A stretch of DNA of 64,000 bases from Candidatus Latescibacterota bacterium (GTDB lineage Bacteria > Latescibacterota > UBA2968), in assembly GCA_965198115.1 (NCBI GenBank), contig OZ240241.1, positions 6,816,001-6,880,000 on the forward strand, read 5' to 3'. Both the position numbers and the translations under genes were made by a program. The notes beneath the pieces are model-generated. The model did no database searches and had not been told where the DNA came from. It was given only the letters and a program-made list of their open reading frames with translations. Positions 39,724 through 50,296 of the stretch are shown here, piece by piece. The first letter of the stretch is position 1. Every line of letters begins with the position of its first letter.

Positions 39724-40482
39724 TCAGGGTTTCACAGCGTCGCAGGCGGTGAAGAAATCCTCGTTCGATACACTGAAGCCATATTTCTGCTCGACTTCGC
39801 GGATGGCGATCTCGGTGGCGAAGAGCTGATCGAGAGTATCGGGGAATTCGACGCCGGTGGTTGCGTCGCGGAGCAGGATGACATTGTAGCCACGTCCTCT
39901 CATGTCCTTTACGCCATAGTCCCGATTGATGACGCACCAGTTCGTGGCGAAGCCGGCGTAGAGGAGGTGTAGGATGCCAGAAGATTCCAGTCGCTCGTGG
40001 AGCTGCTGTCCCGTGGCGATAACCACATCGTCCTCGCATACTTCCACGAGATCAGACATTCGATATTCGAAGTCTCGAATGCCCGGGTATTGCTGCCGGG
40101 GACCCCGATAGGCGTGGTAGTCGCCTTCACGATTCCGGAATGCTCTCGGGGGCCAATCCGGTTCGGGGTCTGGTTTGGGGGGCGTGTGTTCTTTGACCTT
40201 GTCATACCGTGTGGCGACTTGGGGACAGGGGCCGTGAATCACCTTGATACCGGCCTGCCTGGCTGCCTCAATCGCGGGCAGAATGTTGTCCTTCAACACG
40301 TTGCCCGCCCGCTCGAGCCAGCTTTCGATGAAATGGTCGTTCCACAGATCGACAAGGACGAGCGCCGTCTGGTCGATGGGCATTGACATAGGAATTTCAC
40401 GACGCTCGAAGTTTTCTTCACGAACGGGGATGCCTTCTGGCGTCGAATCTTGGAAATAACGGACTGTGAGATCGAGAGTCAT
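39724..40482 (-). CDS. Isochorismatase-like cysteine hydrolase
   Basis: TALVLVDLWN, LLYAGFATNWC, LLRDAT. Confidence 0.85.
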   Translation of the reverse strand: MTLDLTVRYFQDSTPEGIPVREENFERREIPMSMPIDQTALVLVDLWNDHFIESWLERAGNVLKDNILPAIEAARQAGIKVIHGPCPQVATRYDKVKEHTPPKPDPEPDWPPRAFRNREGDYHAYRGPRQQYPGIRDFEYRMSDLVEVCEDDVVIATGQQLHERLESSGILHLLYAGFATNWCVINRDYGVKDMRGRGYNVILLRDATTGVEFPDTLDQLFATEIAIREVEQKYGFSVSNEDFFTACDAVKP

Positions 40483-40508
40483 CAGTTGCCCCTGAGGTTT
40501 TAAACATC

Positions 40509-40558
40509 AGCCCGCTTCAGCGGGCTTCGGGCTATCAGCGTGGGACTTCAGTCCCACG
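40509..40558. repeat. REP-like palindrome doublet
   Basis: AGCCCGC-TTCA-GCGGGCT and CGTGGGAC-TTCA-GTCCCACG, two perfect hairpins with the same TTCA loop. Confidence 0.8.
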
Positions 40559-40685
40559 TGTATTTCGTTTGCGATATACGCGAAGACAAATCCGACCCCG
40601 GCCAACAACCGTACCGGGGTGATCTCCTTCCCTCCAAGCACGACGTCGGCGGTACCGTGATGCAGTCCCTCCTAGATTCCCCGTT

Positions 40686-42497
40686 TCATTCCCCTTCGCT
40701 CTCTGCGTTAAGAGCCGTTGGCAGGAGCGCTTCCAATTGGGCCATGGGGTCTTCAAGTGAATTGATGGCGTCGATCCAGAAGTCGGGTTCTTCAATGTCG
40801 ACGTCGATGCTTCGCTTGGCCACGCCTTCGGCAGAATCCGATCCTGTGAGACGCAGGAAATCTTCGTAGCGGGGAAGGAAGTCTGGGCCTTCCTGTTTGA
40901 ATCGGGCGAAGAGGCCACGGCTGAGGAGGAAGCCGAAGGTGTAAGGGAAGTTGTAAAAGGACACGCCCGTGATGTAGAAGTGCAATTTCGAAGCCCAGAA
41001 GTAGGGGTCCTCCGCTCCTTCGACGAGGACATCCCCGAAAACACGACGCTGTGTCTGGACCATCAGATCCTTGAGTTGCGTGACCGAAAGCTCGCCTTCC
41101 TCACGCTGCTCGTAGAGCGCACGTTCGAACTCGAAGCGGACCGGTATGTCGAGGAGGAAGATGGCACCGTGGCCGACGTCGGCGTCCAGCATGAGCGCTT
41201 TCTGGGGGTCGGTGGTGCCCGGGTCGTTCAAAACGCCTTCCGTGAGGATCATCTCACCGAAGGTGGATGCAGACTCGGCGAGGGTCATCGGATAGCTCCG
41301 CGCGAATGGGCGCAGATCGCGCATCACGTGGTTATGAAACGCGTGGCCCGCTTCGTGAGCGAGCGTTCGCACGTCCCCCATGGCCCTGTTGTATGTCATG
41401 AAAATGCGGGATTCACGCGTTAGGAGAGATCCCGTGCAAAATCCCCCTGGACGTTTGCCTTCGCGGGGGCTCCAATCGATCCAGCGACGGTCGAACATGC
41501 TTTGTGTGAATTCGCCGAGAGCGGGATACGCCTTGTCGAAAGCATTGTGGACGAGGGTGGTGGCGTGATCCCAATCGAGCGACTCGGGTTCTGCCAGGGG
41601 GAGCGGGGCGCCCAGATCATACCAGGCGATCCCCGGTTCGCCCATGGTTTTTGCTTTGAGCGCCAGGATGCGTCTCGGCAGTTCCCTTTGCGTCACGATG
41701 GCATCGAACATGGCATCGAGCGTTTTCTTTGAGACGGCTGCGTCGAAGAGGGCAACTTCCAGAAAGTGTGGGATCTCGCGGTGACGATAGAGGGTGAGCC
41801 GAGTACCCGAAATGGCGTTCAGGGCGGCTGCCGCAACGTCTTCGACACGTGCCCACGCTTCGTTCCCGCACTCGAACGCCGCACGCCTCACGTCTCGATC
41901 TGCTTGTTCCATGAGCGAGCGTCGTTGTGACATGGGGAGTCGTTCCGTTCGGCCGTCGGGGTAGGCCATGTCGAATTCCAGTTTTCCGGACACGGTGTCG
42001 TAGAGACGTCCCCAGGCTGAGATCCCATCGACTCCCAGGTCGGCAGCCAGTGCTTCCCGATCGGTAGACATCATGTATCGTGCTTCCTGTCGATCGCGTC
42101 GCAAGCTGTGCGCTGCGGAGATCAGCTTCTCCCGGTCGCAGAAGATTTCGAAGACACGATCCTCAGAATCCTTCAGACCTCGCAGGATTTCCACGTTGAG
42201 CTTGGCCATCGTAGCACCAAGTTGAGCGAACGCACCCTCGGCGCGTTGATAGTCCTCGTTTCGTGCGTCTGCGGACGTCAGGCATCCTAAGTACGAACCG
42301 AGATGGGAATAGCGCGTCACGAGCTCTTCCGTGTCGAGATACAGCCTTTCCCAGGCATCCTGGTTGGTCTCGTCTAGCACCTTGAGAGCCGAGGCGCGCT
42401 CGAGCAGGATCTGAATATCCCCCTGCAGGGCGTCGCGGAAGGTGTTCATTTCGTTTCCGCCGAATTCTGGAAAATATGACGCGAGGTCCCAGTCCAT
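40686..42497 (-). CDS. pepF: M3-family oligoendopeptidase F
   Basis: MDWDL start, GKRPGGFC, HEAGH zinc motif, TLAESASTFGE, FYNFPYTFG. Confidence 0.9.
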   Translation of the reverse strand: MDWDLASYFPEFGGNEMNTFRDALQGDIQILLERASALKVLDETNQDAWERLYLDTEELVTRYSHLGSYLGCLTSADARNEDYQRAEGAFAQLGATMAKLNVEILRGLKDSEDRVFEIFCDREKLISAAHSLRRDRQEARYMMSTDREALAADLGVDGISAWGRLYDTVSGKLEFDMAYPDGRTERLPMSQRRSLMEQADRDVRRAAFECGNEAWARVEDVAAAALNAISGTRLTLYRHREIPHFLEVALFDAAVSKKTLDAMFDAIVTQRELPRRILALKAKTMGEPGIAWYDLGAPLPLAEPESLDWDHATTLVHNAFDKAYPALGEFTQSMFDRRWIDWSPREGKRPGGFCTGSLLTRESRIFMTYNRAMGDVRTLAHEAGHAFHNHVMRDLRPFARSYPMTLAESASTFGEMILTEGVLNDPGTTDPQKALMLDADVGHGAIFLLDIPVRFEFERALYEQREEGELSVTQLKDLMVQTQRRVFGDVLVEGAEDPYFWASKLHFYITGVSFYNFPYTFGFLLSRGLFARFKQEGPDFLPRYEDFLRLTGSDSAEGVAKRSIDVDIEEPDFWIDAINSLEDPMAQLEALLPTALNAESEGE

Positions 42498-42533
42498 TAT
42501 GAGAAGCAGAACGGGTGATTGGGCGAAAAAGCA

Positions 42534-42561
42534 AGTGGGCGGTGGACAGTGGACGGTGGAC
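42534..42561. repeat. Uninterrupted GGTGGAC heptamer array
   Basis: AGTGGGC GGTGGAC AGTGGAC GGTGGAC. Confidence 0.85.
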
Positions 42562-42653
42562 GGACAAGACGGCTTCGCCCCGATGGACACTGCCACTGCA
42601 CGGGGAAGCAGTGAGGGCGTGGCGAACGAAGGTGCGAAAGGCTACCCATGCGG

Positions 42654-43427
42654 CTACACGCCCAGTTTTCGGACGAAGGCGAGGTTGCGGGCGTTGTCGG
42701 CGGCGGGATCATCTTCGCTCACAGGGGTTTCGAGCACGATGTAGCCGTCGTAGCCAATCTCGCGCATGGCTTCGTCGACGGCCTGGAAGTCGACTCTTCC
42801 ATCCCCGAGTGCCTGCCGGTCGGTATCCTTGGCGTGGATCATGCCGACTCTGGATGGACCGAGTTTACGCAACTCCATCGCGGGGTCCTGGTCTCGCATC
42901 ATTGTATTGCCCGTGTCGTGATAGACCTTGAGATGGTCGGATGCGACACTGTCGACGACGCGAACATACTGATCGGCGTCGAAGGTGGCTTCGAGATTCA
43001 GGGTTACATCGTGCTTCCCGGCGACTTCGCTCAGTGCCTTGAGACCGTCGAACAGCTGTGTCCAAGTGTCTTCCGGCCAGTCGTACATGTCCTTCGGGAA
43101 CATGGGAACCAGGATCTGATTCGTGTCGAGAGGTTGGCAGCATTCGATCGTGTGCGTGAGAATCGCCACTCCCTCTTCGCGCAATTCGGCTTCTGGCAAT
43201 GCCGGATGGAAGCGTGAGAAGACGCCCGGAGAGAGAGACGAAATCTCCGTGCCAGCAGCGGCGGCCATGCCCTTCAGACGGTCGATACCGCCGTCTTGCC
43301 ACAGGATATTGTCGGCGTATTCCGCTCCGATACAGAATTCAACACCGTCGAAGCCGATTTCGGCCGCGGCCATAAACGTGTCTTCGAGACCAACCTTCAG
43401 CATGCCGTCTCGGATTCCGTATTTCAT
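42654..43427 (-). CDS. Sugar phosphate isomerase/epimerase (AP-endonuclease-2-like TIM barrel)
   Basis: GFDGVE, LNLE, YHDTGN, IHAKD, GYDGYIVLE. Confidence 0.9.
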   Translation of the reverse strand: MKYGIRDGMLKVGLEDTFMAAAEIGFDGVEFCIGAEYADNILWQDGGIDRLKGMAAAAGTEISSLSPGVFSRFHPALPEAELREEGVAILTHTIECCQPLDTNQILVPMFPKDMYDWPEDTWTQLFDGLKALSEVAGKHDVTLNLEATFDADQYVRVVDSVASDHLKVYHDTGNTMMRDQDPAMELRKLGPSRVGMIHAKDTDRQALGDGRVDFQAVDEAMREIGYDGYIVLETPVSEDDPAADNARNLAFVRKLGV

Positions 43428-43502
43428 GGTGTACTCCAAGGAGAAGCGCCACTGAGGGCACTGAGAAACTTGAGAAAACCTATTACCGGGACCACGGAGA
43501 GC

Positions 43503-44309
43503 CTACGTGCGCCCTTCCAGTGCTTTCTTCAACCGGGCGGATCGTTCCTCGATGGCCTTTACGTACTCTGGCGTTCCGCAGAAGTCGTGGAGAGTGGCCC
43601 GTTTGCGGTAGGGTACGTAGTTGCCGAGGTGCCACGCACTCGATCGATAGAGCGCAAAATCGCCCGGATTCAATCGGAGTTGTACGCCTCCAGGCATGCA
43701 TTTTACGTAGTCCAGACAGTCGCGTTCCAGCTGCTCATCTGGATCGGTCGGAGACTCTCTGAACCGTTCCCGGTCATAAGCGTCCCGGGCGGCTTCCTCT
43801 CCAGGTGTGTTGTCCTGACGGTAGTGGCTGCCAGGGACGAACCAGGTGGAAGGATCCTCGTAGAGCGCACAGTTGACCTGGTTCATGTAGCGAATGTCGA
43901 AGACTTGGCGATCCCAGTCCTCGCGGAATTCTCTTTCGAAGATGTCCTTGGGGACGTGGTCGCGGTGGTCCCGATGCCAGTTAGTACACCACGGATGGTC
44001 AGCGGGTTCGAGGAGGATGCCGAGCCGGTTGGTGTCGGCGTGTGTATGACGCGGGGTTAAAACTCGCTGGATCGCGTCGTTCAGTTCCGGCAGTTCGCCG
44101 TAGTCCTGAAACGGTCGGAGGTCGAGGTCGAAAGCCCCAACGGGCTGCAGCCGCTGGGTCTGCGAACCCTTTTCGTCGCGGGCGATCTCTCGCGCTCGAT
44201 CGGAGACCCTTCGAAGGTCCGCAATCAGGGACGTCGGGAGGATTTCCCGAAAGATCGTACACCCCGTTGTGTGGTAATCGGTGATGTGCTTTTCAGAAAA
44301 GGTGAACAC
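43503..44309 (-). CDS. PhyH-family dioxygenase
   Basis: NWHRD, FVPGSH, PGDFALY, WHLG, RATLH. Confidence 0.88.
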   Translation of the reverse strand: MFTFSEKHITDYHTTGCTIFREILPTSLIADLRRVSDRAREIARDEKGSQTQRLQPVGAFDLDLRPFQDYGELPELNDAIQRVLTPRHTHADTNRLGILLEPADHPWCTNWHRDHRDHVPKDIFEREFREDWDRQVFDIRYMNQVNCALYEDPSTWFVPGSHYRQDNTPGEEAARDAYDRERFRESPTDPDEQLERDCLDYVKCMPGGVQLRLNPGDFALYRSSAWHLGNYVPYRKRATLHDFCGTPEYVKAIEERSARLKKALEGRT

Positions 44310-44500
44310 AGTAGCCCCAGTTAGAAGCGAGAAGGGAGTGGGCAGAAGGCTATGGGATTCGAGTGAAGCTGATGGTTTGAGATTCACCCCCGCGTAAAGG
44401 AGGGTGATGAGGGGTTGACCTTACCCCCAAAGATAGGCTCGGAATCGTAGTCGCGCAGCTGTGCGGTGCTCGAGTCAAGTGCGGGGTGGGAAACGGACAC

Positions 44501-46087
44501 TCACACCGTGCCCAGGTCTTTCAGACTGCCATTGCCGCGTTGCGGCCATTGGCGGCGATGACGCTGCCGCCGGGATGGGTTCCTGCTCCACAAAGGTAGA
44601 AGCCAGGCATGGGGCGTACGAGCAGAGAGACGACGATCCCACATCTGATCCGGGAGGCACTCGCCGTGAAAGATGTGGCCTCCAGTGATACGGATTTTCC
44701 TTTCGATATCAGGAGGGCCGAGGACTTCGAATTGTTCCACGGCATCGGGGATGTTGTCACAGAAGCGACCGATGGAGGCCAGCGCGAGGGAGGCGACTTC
44801 GTTCCGACGGTTATCCCAATCACCCTCGTGAAACGCGTACGGAACATATTGTGCGAACACGCTCATGACGTGACGACCGTCCGGGACGATGGAACGGTCG
44901 AGAGCGGACTGGAAATAGAGTTCCGTCCACAGGCGGTCGGGGAGCCTGCCTGCGTTTGCGATCGCGCAGTTTTCTCGCCACTCTCCTTTGGTCAGAGGCG
45001 TGTTGATCTGACCGCGGTGATGAAGGCAATCCTTGCCTGGACGAGCGGTGAAGCTGGGGAGCTCGTGAAGTGCGACGTTGAGCTTGACGGTGCAGCCTCG
45101 CATTGGAATGGCATCGATGGAGGATTTCCACGAGGGATCGCGGTGTGAGCCAAGAAGGGCCGATGTGGTGATCGGATCAGCGTTGGATATGACGACGGGT
45201 GAGGCAATCTTTTCACCGCTTTCGAGACATACGCCCTCGCCCGGCTCGATGGACCCGACGGGCAACCCAGCGGCAACGACAGCGCCCTCCTCTCGTGCGA
45301 TGTCGCACAAGATGAAACTGACGGTGCCCATGCCGCCCCTGACATAGCCCCATTCGCCCGCTCGGCCGAACATTCGCCCGCTCGAGTGATGAAAGCGGAT
45401 TGATGCGGTTCCCCTGTCGAAAGGGTTGGCGTTGGTGCCGATGACCCCTTGCCCTAGGAGCGCGACGTGCAGTCGCTCGTCTTCGAGGAACCGTTCGACG
45501 AAGTCGGCCATGGACCACTCGAAGAGGAAAGCAAGCGCATCGCCGTCACCTTTCAACCGATCGAAGATCTCGTCACGGGTGGGGGAGAGGGACAGCCAGA
45601 GGTCGCGTTCGTCGGCTGGCCGTAGCGCGTCGCGAATGCGGGTCACAAAGCGGCCCATTTCCTGCCATCCCTTCACATCGGGTGGCGATAGTTTCTTGAC
45701 TTCGTCGAGGCACCGCTCCTCGTTGCTCCAGAACCGGACGGAGGAGCCGTCCTCGAACGGCACGAACATGCCGGCTTCCGCGGGAATCCACTCGAATCCG
45801 TGGCCTTGAAGATCGAGTTCGTCGATGACGAGAGGGTGGAGCAGACCGCATAGGTAGGCGCAGGGCGAAATCTTGTAGCCGGGCCAGGTCTCTTCGAGCG
45901 TACAGGCGCCACCAACACGGTCGTTCGATTCGAGGACAAGGACTCGTTTACCGGTGCGGGCGAGATAGGCGGCGCACGTGAGTCCGTTGTGCCCCGCGCC
46001 GACGACGATGACGTCCCAGGACTTCCGTGTGAGCTCACGGATGGGTGGGTGGCCGATGAGGCCGAGAGTGGAGACGGCGGAGATCAT
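44501..46087 (-). CDS. Phytoene-desaturase-like NAD(P)/FAD-dependent oxidoreductase; C-terminus scrambled by compensating indels
   Basis: VVGAGHNGLTCAAYLA, VGGAC, GGMG, GGHIFHGE. The conserved YLCGAGTHPGG...NGRNAA is in another frame (44521-44610). Confidence 0.9.
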   Translation of the reverse strand: MISAVSTLGLIGHPPIRELTRKSWDVIVVGAGHNGLTCAAYLARTGKRVLVLESNDRVGGACTLEETWPGYKISPCAYLCGLLHPLVIDELDLQGHGFEWIPAEAGMFVPFEDGSSVRFWSNEERCLDEVKKLSPPDVKGWQEMGRFVTRIRDALRPADERDLWLSLSPTRDEIFDRLKGDGDALAFLFEWSMADFVERFLEDERLHVALLGQGVIGTNANPFDRGTASIRFHHSSGRMFGRAGEWGYVRGGMGTVSFILCDIAREEGAVVAAGLPVGSIEPGEGVCLESGEKIASPVVISNADPITTSALLGSHRDPSWKSSIDAIPMRGCTVKLNVALHELPSFTARPGKDCLHHRGQINTPLTKGEWRENCAIANAGRLPDRLWTELYFQSALDRSIVPDGRHVMSVFAQYVPYAFHEGDWDNRRNEVASLALASIGRFCDNIPDAVEQFEVLGPPDIERKIRITGGHIFHGECLPDQMWDRRLSARTPHAWLLPLWSRNPSRRQRHRRQWPQRGNGSLKDLGTV

Positions 46088-46124
46088 TAGGAAATTAGGG
46101 AATTACGAAAATAGGGAATTGCGG
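46087..46124. repeat. Degenerate octamer tandem array
   Basis: TTAGGAAA TTAGGGAA TTACGAAA ATAGGGAA TTGCGG. Confidence 0.8.
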
Positions 46125-46230
46125 TCACTGGCTCCTGGCATTGGAAGTCAATAGGCTCTTTCGGAAATAATCGGGCTATGATACCGCATAGACCTGTTTC
46201 ACGCTACGAGACCCGTGAAGGAGTGCCGTC

Positions 46231-47061
46231 GTGAATACCACGAATAAACGCAGAGAGCCCGTTCGGCGACTGGTGACGTTTGGAGAAAGCCACACGGTTG
46301 GGATCTCGGCGACCCGACCTGGAGACGGATGGGCGGTGGTTCTGAAAAGGCTGATCGATCGATTTCAGGATGAAACGGTGGAACTGATCAATCAGGGGAT
46401 CGGGGTGGATGTATTGTCGAAGGCGTGTCCCATCTACCAGGAATACGAGGGGAGACGTCCGATCGGAATCGAGCGCTACCACCGCCACGTGATCGAGGAA
46501 CGCCCTGACCTGGTCGTGGTGAGCTTCGGCTACAATGACATGAGAGGGGGGACACCGATCGATGCTTTCGAAAGAGACCTCCGGACGGTCATCGGAGATG
46601 TCCAACGCGAAACGGATGCGCTCGTGGTGCTGATGGATACGTACGCCATTCCCGGCGTGGGCCACACGGGTCGAACGGGAGGCACGGTGGCCGGATCGGC
46701 GTGGAATCGAGGCACGCGCGAAAGCCAGTCGGCCTATAACCGAATGCTCGAAGATGTGGCCGGAACGATGGATCTCGTCTTCGCCAGGGTATTCGAGGCG
46801 CAGGACGCCGCACCGTGGACGTTCTGCAGCCCGGAAGGAACAGAGGACATCCACGCGAACGATCTTGGTCACCTGCTTATCGCCCACCGCGTGTTCGAAG
46901 CGATCGCGACGCAATGCAGTTTCCTGTCGATCAAACCGCTACGAGATCGGGAGCAATCCGGGAAGAGCCCTTGGCGGTATGGTGATGACTCGCGGGAGGC
47001 GAAGTTGGTTGCGGACTTCTACCCGAAGAGCCCGGACGCGCGAAGTTTCCGCCGCAGGTAA
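46231..47061 (+). CDS. SGNH/GDSL hydrolase
   Basis: FGESHT (block I, GES variant), NQGIG, GYND, DIHANDLGH. Confidence 0.88.
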   Translation: MNTTNKRREPVRRLVTFGESHTVGISATRPGDGWAVVLKRLIDRFQDETVELINQGIGVDVLSKACPIYQEYEGRRPIGIERYHRHVIEERPDLVVVSFGYNDMRGGTPIDAFERDLRTVIGDVQRETDALVVLMDTYAIPGVGHTGRTGGTVAGSAWNRGTRESQSAYNRMLEDVAGTMDLVFARVFEAQDAAPWTFCSPEGTEDIHANDLGHLLIAHRVFEAIATQCSFLSIKPLRDREQSGKSPWRYGDDSREAKLVADFYPKSPDARSFRRR

Positions 47062-47119
47062 TTGCTTCTGACATTCACCCCCGTTTGTTCGCTAGAGGCG
47101 GGACAAGGGGCCACAGTGC

Positions 47120-49078
47120 TCAATACAGCCCCCACGAGTGCCCTTGACCAGGGAACCAGATGACGTCGACGATGAACGAGACGCTCACACCGACGAAGTA
47201 TCCGAGGGCCAGGCCGAAAAACAACGGCATCGCACGCTGGTAGAACCGGATACCGCCGGTTCGCAAGATGATCAGCTTGGACAGCCAGGCTACGAATATG
47301 GGAAGCGTGTTTCGCCGGTTCGTCGGATGAGCGGTCGCAGCAACGAACCCGATCGGGTGGAGCGGCCATCCCGGGAACACATAACGGAGGATGACGGTCG
47401 ACCCGGCCGAGACAACACCGAGGAGTGACCAGAGCATCTGTTTCCGCTTGAGCTTGAAAGGATCGCGGATGTGTCCCGCCGCCGTGTCGAAAACGCCCTG
47501 GATGTAGTCGCCGTATATGCCCCCGTAGTTGAAGGCGCCGGTCTGGTAGCTGGACGCGACCTGGTAGAATGCGCTAGTCAGGACAACGGTTCCGAAAGCA
47601 GTCAGGACGGCGACCAGCAGTCTTCGACGATCGTGCGTATAGGCCTCGAATAGCCGATTGGCGTTGGCGAGATCGGTCATGAGAATCGTTTTGATGTCCT
47701 TATGCCACGCCTCAGTCAGAGACAATGCCGCGATGCCTGTGGGGGAAAAATTCATGGGTCCAACCAGGTGAAGCATGACGGGTTGGGCTCGCTGCATGCG
47801 AGCACTGATAACCCCACCCTCGATCGTCACCCGCGTGATGCCGAGCCAAATGAGGACAACGACTGCTAAGAAGCCTGTTGCCACCGGAACGGACATTCCG
47901 GATGCCACACACCAAGCGATGATGAACAGGCCGCTGACGCCCAGGCCGATCAGCGCGGACCGGTGGGACAGGATTTCACGGCTGTCGTCGACATCCGTCG
48001 CGTTTTGCACCGCCTTTCGAAACACGTCTCGCAGATGCCCCCTCGCGATCCACAGACTCCACGGTACTATGACACATAACGCGCCGAATCCCTGCCAGTT
48101 CTCGAATTGAGATGTTGCGACGGTATGGGCCGATTTCAATGCCCATTCGATTCAAAACCCCCATTTCCAAAATCAGCAGCCCTGGAAGAAGAGAATGCTC
48201 GAGAGCACGTCGAGTTCGATGAAGTAGGAGACGCCGAGAATCATGGGGTAGATGCGGGTGTGAAAGCCGGGGAAGTCTCTGCCGAAGTCGAGCTGGCCGA
48301 AATCTCTGGGGAGTTCGGGGAACAATGGCACGAAATAGCCGATGATGCCCCAGGCGATTTGGAAGAAGGCCAGACCGAAGCCGATCCAGAAGATCGGCTG
48401 GTTCATGAACCCAACCAAGTGAAAGCCCTTCGGTTGCCGCTTCGCCAGAGCAAGGGATAGCGACATGAGCGGGAAGGTCAGACGCTCGTGCTCGACCCAC
48501 TGCTTTCGAAGGATGGAGACGGCGCAGAGACAAAAGACGCCGATGGCGGCGACCTGACTGAGACGCCAGAACAGAGGCAGCACCCAGACGTCCCACGGGA
48601 TGTCGGCCCCCGCGGGAAGCCCCTCGAAGAACCAACGAACGGCAGTGGGCTCCCTGATGACCGCCCATTCGGGGAGGAGAGGATGTAGATCGATAGCCCA
48701 TCGATTCTCTGTGTTTGCGAAGTAGAAGGGCGCAGCCGTGTTGGCGATGACATAGCCCATGAAGTAGCTGGGTAGCGCAGAAGCGATGAGGGCCATACCC
48801 GTGATCACGAGGATCTCTGCACGGGTCAAGACCCACTTCCGATTCGTTTTTGCGAGGAGCTTGTTGAGGACAACGGCGATGAGAAAGACGGGAACGATCA
48901 CGCCCCAGGGTAGGTGATCCTGGGCCATTTTCGTTGTGTGTGAGATGTGGCGCGTATAGTGGCCGCCCCAGCCCAGGAAGGCGGAACATAGGGTGCCAAG
49001 CACGAGAGCCCTTGCCGTGACGACGTGCTCTGGGACGCTCCCTTGCTCCGGGGTTAGGTCGGGTTGGGAGGCGGTCAT
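47120..49078 (-). CDS. DUF6785/DUF6784-type polytopic membrane protein (putative transporter), two frameshifts
   Basis: RALVLG, FFEGLP, LRKQWVEHERLTFPL, WPLHPIGF, PLFFGLALG. Frames join if one base is added in each of the runs at 48180-48182 and 48127-48129. Confidence 0.75.
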
Positions 49079-49080
49079 CG

Positions 49081-49151
49081 CGGACGGTGGGCGGTAGACG
49101 GTGGGCCTTCGCTACGCCTGCTGCGCAGGCTACTCAGGACAGGCGGTCGGC
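49081..49151. repeat. GGTGGGC/GGTAGAC heptamer array interrupted by a 38-nt element ending CAGG
   Basis: GGTGGGC GGTAGAC GGTGGG[CCTTCGCTACGCCTGCTGCGCAGGCTACTCAGGACAGG]C GGTCGGC. Confidence 0.78.
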
Positions 49152-49156
49152 TGAGG

Positions 49157-50296
49157 CTATGCGCCGGTGAGGTCGGAGACGTCGGCGATCCAGATCTGGC
49201 GCGTGTCTCCGTGGACGGAGTCGAAGGTTATGGTTCTTCCATCACGTGACCAGCGGGGATGGAGATCGCAGCGGATGTCTTTCGTGTATTGAGGCTCGGA
49301 GTGGAAGTGGCCGAGAACCGTTTTTTCACCGGTCTCCATTTCGTAGACCATCACCTCGGACATACGTTCCTCACCCACGGGATACGTGTCACAGACGACC
49401 CACTTCCGATCGGGGGAGAAGGCGTTGTGACCGTCTGCGGGGAAAGCACCACCGCCGAAAGGCTCGAAGTCTTTGACACGATCCCCGAATTCAACGAACT
49501 GCATGGATCCGAGTGCGTCGGTCGACACCATAATCCGTTCGGAGTCGCGCCAGGCGAAGTGTGATGTCTTCTTGCCAGCCGGTATCTGCAGCTCGAGATC
49601 GGTGCCATCTGTATTGACCGTCCACATGGAGGTGGTACGGATACCTTCGCCCTCGCCAGCTCGACACAGAAAGAGGACCCGCGTGCCGTTCGTGTTGAAG
49701 TAGACGTGATTGAACCACGCGCGGCCCTCGGGAGGACCTTCGGGGAACGCGTTTGCCACATCGGCAATGGACAGGAGGAGTTTCGAGGATCCATCCCTGA
49801 AGTCCAAGAGATGGAGACCATCGTCTTCTGGGCGATCGACCCATTCTCCCTGCCACTCGTTGCCGTAGCCCACGACGGCGCGGCAGTGCGCCATCCGTGC
49901 GAAATTCAGACCCAGCCCAATCGGTTCTGTCGGGGAGATTGCGGCCACTGCGCCTTCGATCGTACGTGTCTTCCCCGTTTCCGGATTCAAGGCGCGAGAG
50001 ACGAGACGATCACGCACCCAGTGGTTGTAGGTGAATTCCGCGCCGAAACCCCCATCGATCCAGTGCATCATACTTCCCTGTTGCAGGTTGAACGCGGAGG
50101 TTTCGGCCAGCGGCTCGAATTCTCCCGTGTCGCGATCTGCCAGACCGACTTTCGCCACATCTGACCGCACGGGCCTGTGGTCATCGAAGTCGGTTTCGAG
50201 GGCAAGGTGGCGCTGATTGGCGGGGTCCCACGCATCGACACCGTAGTAGCCGAAGAAATGATGCTTGGGACCGCAGGTCATGGGTTCGACTGTCAT
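49157..50296 (-). CDS. TolB-like / oligogalacturonate-lyase-like beta-propeller protein
   Basis: HHFFGYY, NLQQG, WFNH, DGHNAFSPD, DTYP, RCDLHPRWSRDG. Confidence 0.75.
   Translation of the reverse strand: MTVEPMTCGPKHHFFGYYGVDAWDPANQRHLALETDFDDHRPVRSDVAKVGLADRDTGEFEPLAETSAFNLQQGSMMHWIDGGFGAEFTYNHWVRDRLVSRALNPETGKTRTIEGAVAAISPTEPIGLGLNFARMAHCRAVVGYGNEWQGEWVDRPEDDGLHLLDFRDGSSKLLLSIADVANAFPEGPPEGRAWFNHVYFNTNGTRVLFLCRAGEGEGIRTTSMWTVNTDGTDLELQIPAGKKTSHFAWRDSERIMVSTDALGSMQFVEFGDRVKDFEPFGGGAFPADGHNAFSPDRKWVVCDTYPVGEERMSEVMVYEMETGEKTVLGHFHSEPQYTKDIRCDLHPRWSRDGRTITFDSVHGDTRQIWIADVSDLTGA

Noticed and set aside
46255-46300. GES instead of GDS in SGNH block I as a novelty
   Set aside because: Conservative change; catalytic Ser, Asn and DxH are intact.
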